Shown here piece after piece: positions 17,001-20,000 of a DNA stretch of 20,000 nucleotides; the first letter of the stretch is position 1; the number at the start of each line of letters is the position of its first letter. Position numbers and translations under genes: made by a program. The stretch comes from an uncultured virus (IMG/VR IMGVR_UViG_3300013370_000002) (Duplodnaviria; Heunggongvirae; Uroviricota; Caudoviricetes): IMG/VR virus record IMGVR_UViG_3300013370_000002, positions 45,702 to 65,701 of that record, one strand, 5' to 3'. The notes beneath the pieces are model-generated. The model was not told where the DNA came from. It was given only the letters and a program-made list of their open reading frames with translations, and made no database searches.

Positions 17001-17967
17001 TAACGGAACCTTTATCACTAAAGACGATGTTACCGTTAAGCGCGCTCACTACTACCCAGGGCAAACCGATTACTTTAACGCTGTTACTGATATTATTAAA
17101 AATAGCGGGGTTAAGATTACAGCAAGCGATAAAGAAATTATTGATAACGATCGTATCCCTTATGCCATACTAAAAGAAAATAGCGCTGCTACTTTTGACG
17201 CTGTAGAGGCTGCCAAAGCATCGATAACGGCTGAGACTGATCCGGCAAGCTTTAATAAGATGGCTATAGATGTTTTCGATAACTATTTGTATGATGATAA
17301 GTATATCGACAAAGGACTTAGCGACGATGTTAAGCTAGCATTAATCAATGCCGCTTATAAAGATGCCTCACCTGGCTATATCAGATCATTTGATGTGATA
17401 GAGTATTTTTCTGAAGCGTTAAAAAAAGCTGTTATCAGTGAAGCGGTAAGCAAGGCGGCAAAAAATGGTGATAGCGTCGAGCAGTTTTCAGAAAATCTAG
17501 GTTTGGATGGATCAAAACTGCAAGCGATTTTAGATGGCGGGGCGACTGAGCATAATATTAATGAGTTTGGACGCTTTGATAAACTAAAAAGCACGGTCGA
17601 CAAAGAAAAGGCAAAGGCGTATTTTGAGGCTTTTGAAGGTGGTAGTATTACCGCGCTCAAGACCAATATGAAAGTCGACTCCACATTGAGATCGTTTATA
17701 TTGAGCAATAGCAAGGCGGCGGATGGTGAAGGCGATAGCGGTATTGCACCGGGTACAATAGTCTATATTGGCGGTGAAACCATGGCTAATAAGAAAACCA
17801 TCAAGGCTTATGCCAAGTCGCACGGCGTAGTGATTAGAGGCACAGTGCAAAAAGCATACTGGGACGGCCCCAATAGCGTATGGGTAACAAGTTTTATAGC
17901 ATGGCAGAAAATGATAGAAGATAGACCGGCCCTAGCAGACGAACTCACCATACAAACTAAAATATAA
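11044..17967 (+). CDS. darB: DarB-like anti-restriction protein: N6-adenine methyltransferase + SF2 (SNF2-type) helicase/ATPase + variable C-terminal domains
   Basis: 'YEYYTP', SAM motif 'VLDPSAGTGIF', motif IV 'VVTNVPFG', Walker A 'SVGLGKT', 'VVIDEAH', 'LLTATPITNSP', 'EVGINLQ' and motif VI 'EQRNGRGARQG'. Size (2307 aa) is similar to P1 DarB, and it is followed by a ulx homologue as in P1. Confidence 0.9.
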   Translation: MKEKLARLKRLQTALASLKAANDIKSRIAAAKELTAVLKELGAFAKAKPLDSTAPTSKDATTKKIVNRTTIAIPDKPAARQKANDTAIALLDEIQGKGLTRDDLTDEQIEVLAKYTGSGGGLTAKDGRRGSAYEYYTPEAVAQSVWDLASEMGFSGGKVLDPSAGTGIFAATSPESAVVDSIELDETSGGIAQILNDGERSKTIISPFEAQAALIADDSLDMVVTNVPFGDNKTRGANATLDKAYQKESLENYFILRSLEKVKHGGLAIFVTPTSVVSGKKADKKKLRKLTSLKADFLGAYRLPTSVFEQTGADVVTDVIVYRKHSRDAIEQINDLYQAGDIDALVNSNVLWDGYLSGNYFKKAEHKRFILGDVVSEKDRWGKMAEKVVSTKKTPEIAKMMKKFGDSRIDWNMLGAAGAEIIDYKNGDVVFQDGKQLEYQDGRWQAIEKEVTSTELEIQQQLASMGSAIDMVMARVTYEQISATFEYSQKTGQAGLIPSDALSMLDRASKSVTSDRAAAWNCVLCAQAIREAIELHEYGYDFKNGEPEITDFMKYAFLDGKNTKLSGDAKQDHKFVALYYANGKYNDAWLGNINSEVVDNGAAKSYQSVIARMQYENKSLYVTPEQLKQIDPAADPISNDDWFTNHDGSQIIAANDFLVGSLSDRLKDIDNQIELTNDEQIKAKLIKQKSIARDSVARIDVKRLELDLRTPLISAEDKVRFLKQTVHKDAFVAYNAQGRGIADIDIKGSSTKDSLEKKDKDKLYNRIGDWLGKGTVTLGSVKLETMSQRDALNWMTEQINTANIKFNSWVKANKNIMSGLEAMMTNEDNLYFTQNADETPIDIAGMNPALSLHGYQNAEVRKQGRFFGGINGFSVGLGKTFTSLASVQHVHNIGVKKKTIFVVPNSVLSNWRKEATFAYQNTDDCIFIGLREDGEKFRVMSNKYDEDLLAAIDGKYRKIFMTLEAFKRIRLKDNTLGDYADYIKQNDTAFAEKELQKDDEKVNGLTAELIERLTMNSNAPFLEDMRVDSVVIDEAHAFKNSITAPNTDDRIKYLSQPGQSARGEDAQAKLWYVRGSTPNNDGVQLLTATPITNSPLEIYSMLSLASGRNTINKMCGGINGADDFIQIMCQIQEEVMPTIDGGERSQNVFTGIRNANILRTVIGSNAVIKDAQDVGMSVVIPDREEVATEVNLGKGVMDQLRMFQDAYTVAKQLEKDQLDNELADINHPQSPFNPNSPFSIIQKKYGEEVELMAHPFNLIRKMDVMIADSEFSEMATFYDFEKSQEKLAQSVIDKFNKKAYSDSRKRLSPYTDKENAEAVYTKDGDTKVFKEYKITVEAKIVLHDGRKRIVVDTLNGKTQSRFEDIADKDKLNLDVTTSAKIAAMLENFKTEQAEPRGANSDGTASNIVKQIIFCDHLFLHNKIKKLIAKRAGVPASKIAIITGQINNEPDEMIDIQDGFNAESDDNQYQVIIANKKAEVGINLQRGTQAIHHLTTGWTPDSLEQRNGRGARQGNKTQKVAIYHYDADGTFDEFKRTMIDKKDEWISSVLKDDGKNTIEVTGSISRTEQDALIATMGNKEAMREYQTTKDAKEKEVRYNAAVKRQSINMDVVREQASMMADLTIDKFYEQAVINVVSLIRDNRTLLTKNQKSTAKADTRKKNELLYENSKQIALDQLSDILNSVGVQRYDKAEDWDRTHKYVPVGSIVSPDTSANNIYISIMNDTTEYPPSKTDEWAKKFSNMQILGSSYNHSNDKLIINEGSIYQAAYDEVKETAEGLINQSVIAANYIAEETGIDGISLPANAGELIARKEAVIVNGVYIQVGSIVIKPQGADKPDDIYLARMDDGKLTLSKVGKASFGGTYSVSNNTPSITMFIEADMVINPNSSRYLSAIKQIAAFEDSLHLQGALKPLSFKYSDVLPEVAEYRDDSIRPIWNMSADFGGSHANIENSPIAIMLPLFVLNAGTPFAKAMLTQYAKYGFEINIDNGTFITKDDVTVKRAHYYPGQTDYFNAVTDIIKNSGVKITASDKEIIDNDRIPYAILKENSAATFDAVEAAKASITAETDPASFNKMAIDVFDNYLYDDKYIDKGLSDDVKLALINAAYKDASPGYIRSFDVIEYFSEALKKAVISEAVSKAAKNGDSVEQFSENLGLDGSKLQAILDGGATEHNINEFGRFDKLKSTVDKEKAKAYFEAFEGGSITALKTNMKVDSTLRSFILSNSKAADGEGDSGIAPGTIVYIGGETMANKKTIKAYAKSHGVVIRGTVQKAYWDGPNSVWVTSFIAWQKMIEDRPALADELTIQTKI

Positions 17968-17976
17968 GGGATATTT

Positions 17977-18402
17977 ATGAATTATTTATTTGATAAAGAT
18001 GATCTAGCAGATAGAACGCAAGCCACTATCAAGTCGCTTGCTAAAAATAAGCCAGACGTAAATTTTACTGAGTTTGCTGCTAGCGTGATATTTGATCGCC
18101 TAAAGAGCAATATACAGCGATACCGCGTTTATGGTCCTTATTGGTGGGCACTAAAAGACGTGCTACGCCGTATGGATTATAACGTAGGCGATGAGACGGA
18201 TAGCGACATGGCTGGCAAGTATTGCGGAAGTAGTGACGCTGAAACACTGGTAGCAGCGGACGCCTTTTATCTTGATATGAGTAAAACCAAGCCAGTCAAC
18301 AACAATACCTGGACGCTTGATGATCGCAAGCGTGACTACGTGCTATATGATAGCGATATGGAAGAGCGCACCAGCGTAGCGGATAGCACACTCGCTTACT
18401 AA
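17977..18402 (+). CDS. ulx: Ulx-like protein (promotes DarB incorporation into virions in P1)
   Basis: 141 aa directly after darB. 'RLKSNIQRYRVYGPYWWALKDVLRRMDY' matches the P1 Ulx pattern as I recall it (RL.KN...YR.YGPYW...K..L....Y); 'TLVAA' is also shared. Confidence 0.75.
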   Translation: MNYLFDKDDLADRTQATIKSLAKNKPDVNFTEFAASVIFDRLKSNIQRYRVYGPYWWALKDVLRRMDYNVGDETDSDMAGKYCGSSDAETLVAADAFYLDMSKTKPVNNNTWTLDDRKRDYVLYDSDMEERTSVADSTLAY

Positions 18403-18424
18403 TAGTTATTAATATATCGCCAAC

Positions 18425-18459
18425 AAAAAGCCCATCTATTAACTTAGGCGGGCTTTTTT
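18425..18459. terminator. Bidirectional Rho-independent terminator between convergent ulx and integrase
   Basis: AAAAAGCCCATCTA-TTAACT-TAGGCGGGCTTTTTT: an imperfect stem with A/T tracts on both sides. Confidence 0.85.
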
Positions 18460-18464
18460 ATTGC

Positions 18465-19721
18465 CTAATGTATTTTATACAGCTTTTCGATAACCTCATC
18501 TTGTGTAAAACCAGCCTCGTTAAATATAAACCCTTCAATATCATTCATGGCTGCACGCAGTCTCTTTTGGCTGACTTGAATATATTGTAACGTCACATCA
18601 TCGGAGGCTTTTGAGGTTCTATGGTTCATTAAGCGCTTAATAACCGATATGTTCAAATTCAAAATATCGCCAATGGTTGAGAAGGTACGACGCAGATCAT
18701 GTGGCGTAATATGAATACCTGCAGCGTCACCTATGTTTGTGTACTGTTTGGATATATCGGTCAGGTTGCCGTCGCATTCTTTTAAGCGAGAAGGGAATAA
18801 CCACGGCTCGTCTTGTCGGTAATGGTGGCGATGGGTAAGCATAGCGCACATAACTTTACCTAGCGGCACATGCAAGTTATCGCCGTTCTTAGTTTCAAAA
18901 ATGGTCATAGTGCCATGCTTTAAATCAATACTATCCCATCTTAATGTATAGCCTTCGCTGGCACGTATGCCAGTGCACAAAAATAGCAGCATGATATCGC
19001 GTGCATTATTACTATGCGGCTGCATGGTATGGAAGTCCTCACTCTTAAAATCTAGCAGCACGCGAGTATAGTTACCCATCGTGTCTTCACTCAGATAAGT
19101 GGTGCGAGGCTTAACTGTGTTCCATAATTTTTTGGCCGTTAGTATCTCGATAGGGCTGGGCTTGATGATTGGTGATTCGGACTTGTCCAAAAAACTTAGG
19201 CGCGAGAAGTTCCAAACCGCATTAAGGGCTCGAAAAGTCGCGTTGGCTTGTGACGGGCTAAGCTTAGTAAGTTCTAAATGTTTTTCAGTGACATTGCTTT
19301 GCATGATCTCGTTCATTGACCTATCTTGCCATTCAGCTAACTTATCTAATATTTGCCGATTGTAGGTTTTGATAGTTGACTGCTTCAGTCCCGGCTTATG
19401 AGTAATATAATATTCATACGCTTCGCCAAGTGTCGGAACAACCACGTCTTTCATGTCATCATTAAACGGATCTCGCCCTTGCATCAAATCGGATATTGCA
19501 GACATGGCACGTTCGCGTGCGTCTTGCAAAGTTATGATTGAGCAGTCACCAATAACGCGGCGATGCAACTTGCCAGCAATGCGCTTATTGATAATATAGT
19601 TTTTACTCGCGCTCTTAGTGCAGACAGCAAAGCCATTGACGAGCTCGTCTTGATGAATAACCGCTTTTTCCGTGTACTCCAAGCCGTCAATAAACCGTTT
19701 GGTAAATTTAGTTTTTGCCAT
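18465..19721 (-). CDS. int: Tyrosine recombinase / prophage integrase with an N-terminal arm-binding domain (P4-like)
   Basis: Catalytic residues in TGIRASE (R), ETKNG (K), PHDLRRT (H-x-x-R), LMNH (H) and VTLQY (Y). The arm-binding-type N-terminus 'MAKTKFTKRFIDGL...DELVNGFAV...RRVIGD...ITLQDARERA' supports a start at 19721 (418 aa) rather than 19853. Confidence 0.93.
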   Translation of the reverse strand: MAKTKFTKRFIDGLEYTEKAVIHQDELVNGFAVCTKSASKNYIINKRIAGKLHRRVIGDCSIITLQDARERAMSAISDLMQGRDPFNDDMKDVVVPTLGEAYEYYITHKPGLKQSTIKTYNRQILDKLAEWQDRSMNEIMQSNVTEKHLELTKLSPSQANATFRALNAVWNFSRLSFLDKSESPIIKPSPIEILTAKKLWNTVKPRTTYLSEDTMGNYTRVLLDFKSEDFHTMQPHSNNARDIMLLFLCTGIRASEGYTLRWDSIDLKHGTMTIFETKNGDNLHVPLGKVMCAMLTHRHHYRQDEPWLFPSRLKECDGNLTDISKQYTNIGDAAGIHITPHDLRRTFSTIGDILNLNISVIKRLMNHRTSKASDDVTLQYIQVSQKRLRAAMNDIEGFIFNEAGFTQDEVIEKLYKIH

Positions 19722-19756
19722 GATCGTTGCTATCCGTAGTGTGAATCTGTCTAGGT

Positions 19757-19785
19757 ATAGTAGAGGATAACGGGTAAAATGAGAA
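19757..19785 (-). promoter_or_regulatory. Putative sigma70 promoter of the integrase
   Basis: Minus strand reads TTCTCA, 17 nt, TACTAT, ending 35 nt upstream of the int ATG. Confidence 0.35.
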
Positions 19786-19806
19786 GTATACCAAAAGTAT
19801 ACTTTT
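19784..19806. repeat. Tandem AAGTATAC repeats with an 11-bp period, the second inside the palindrome AAAAGTATACTTTT; probable integrase arm-type sites
   Basis: AAGTATAC at 19784-19791 and 19795-19802; perfect 14-bp palindrome at 19793-19806; located between the tRNA 3' end and int. Confidence 0.55.
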
Positions 19807-19851
19807 AGCCGTTTTGATATCACCCATAGAGCCAGTGTAAAAACAGCAGGC

Positions 19852-19888
19852 AAAGAAAAACCCCGTAAACAGTGGGTTTACGGGGTTT
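19852..19888 (-). terminator. Rho-independent terminator of the tRNA transcript
   Basis: Minus strand AAACCCCGTAAAC-CCACT-GTTTACGGGGTTT-TTCTTT: a perfect 13-bp stem starting 5 nt after the tRNA CCA. Confidence 0.9.
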
Positions 19889-19893
19889 GAATG

Positions 19894-19970
19894 TGGTGGG
19901 CCCAGTAGGACTTGAACCTACGACCAAAGGATTATGAGTCCTCTGCTCTAACCAACTGAGCTATGGGCCC
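19894..19970 (-). tRNA. ileX: tRNA-Ile2 (anticodon CAT, lysidine-modified); likely prophage attachment site
   Basis: Minus strand GGGCCCATAGCTCAGTTGGTTAGAGCAGAGGACTCATAATCCTTTGGTCGTAGGTTCAAGTCCTACTGGGCCCACCA (77 nt, encoded CCA). G1-C72 pairing excludes the initiator tRNA; C4-G69/C5-G68 and overall resemblance favour Ile2 over elongator Met. Confidence 0.93.
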
Positions 19971-19986
19971 TAACGCTAGACGGACA

Positions 19987-19992
19987 ATGATA
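19987..19992 (-). promoter_or_regulatory. Possible -10 box of the tRNA promoter
   Basis: Minus strand TATCAT, 16 nt upstream of the tRNA 5' end; the -35 region would lie outside the window. Confidence 0.3.
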
Positions 19993-20000
19993 CCTGAATT

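Larger units (their letters stand above)
1..19893. mobile_element. Integrated P1-like prophage (right end: morphogenesis, anti-restriction, lysis and integration modules); continues beyond the left edge
   Basis: Co-oriented phage structural, lysis, darA/darB/ulx-like genes followed by a tyrosine integrase adjacent to the 3' end of a tRNA gene. The exact att boundary cannot be fixed without the other end. Confidence 0.9.

Noticed and set aside
11044..17967. Interpreting the MTase-helicase as a host restriction enzyme (type I/ISP/IIG)
   Set aside because: No nuclease motif or hsdS/hsdM partner is seen; the SNF2-type motifs, size, adjacent ulx and prophage context fit DarB.
629..19365. Numerous short antisense and alternative-frame ORFs nested in the long genes
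   Set aside because: They are fully overlapped by well-supported genes and show no recognisable motifs or RBS; this is expected shadow coding.
19722..19853. 44-codon N-terminal extension of the integrase in the ORF track
   Set aside because: It spans the putative promoter and arm repeats up to the tRNA terminator; the recognisable arm-binding domain begins at MAKTKF (19721).
19894..19970. Calling the CAT-anticodon tRNA tRNA-Met or tRNA-fMet
   Set aside because: There is no C1xA72 mismatch or triple G-C anticodon stem, and the acceptor stem features match Ile2.
1..20000. CRISPR array, IS element or long tandem repeat
   Set aside because: No regularly spaced repeats, transposase or terminal inverted repeats were seen by eye.

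Overview
The window is the right-hand end of an integrated P1-like myovirus prophage; the host is probably a Moraxellaceae such as Psychrobacter, which is an impression only. On the + strand it carries, in order: the 3' part of a baseplate spike gene, a probable portal, a tail-tube-like gene, a 1564-aa polyvalent DarA/DdrB fusion, a baseplate/tube-initiator gene, a probable tail assembly chaperone pair, a lysis cassette (two membrane proteins plus a GH19 endolysin), a 2307-aa DarB-like methyltransferase-SF2 helicase and a Ulx homologue. On the - strand a tyrosine integrase lies just downstream of a tRNA-Ile2(CAU), the likely attachment site. The main observations are: (1) an ~80-aa segment near the DarB C-terminus resembling the C-terminal domain of type I restriction subunit HsdR, a possible decoy or adaptor for anti-restriction; (2) DarA, a DUF3560-like segment and a DdrB-ParB domain fused in one protein; (3) a GGAACAC-N26/27-(-10 box) motif upstream of the darA-like gene, the lysis cassette and darB, a candidate late promoter; (4) a candidate +1 frameshift in the chaperone pair. 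All family assignments come from motif recognition and recalled sequences, not from database searches.
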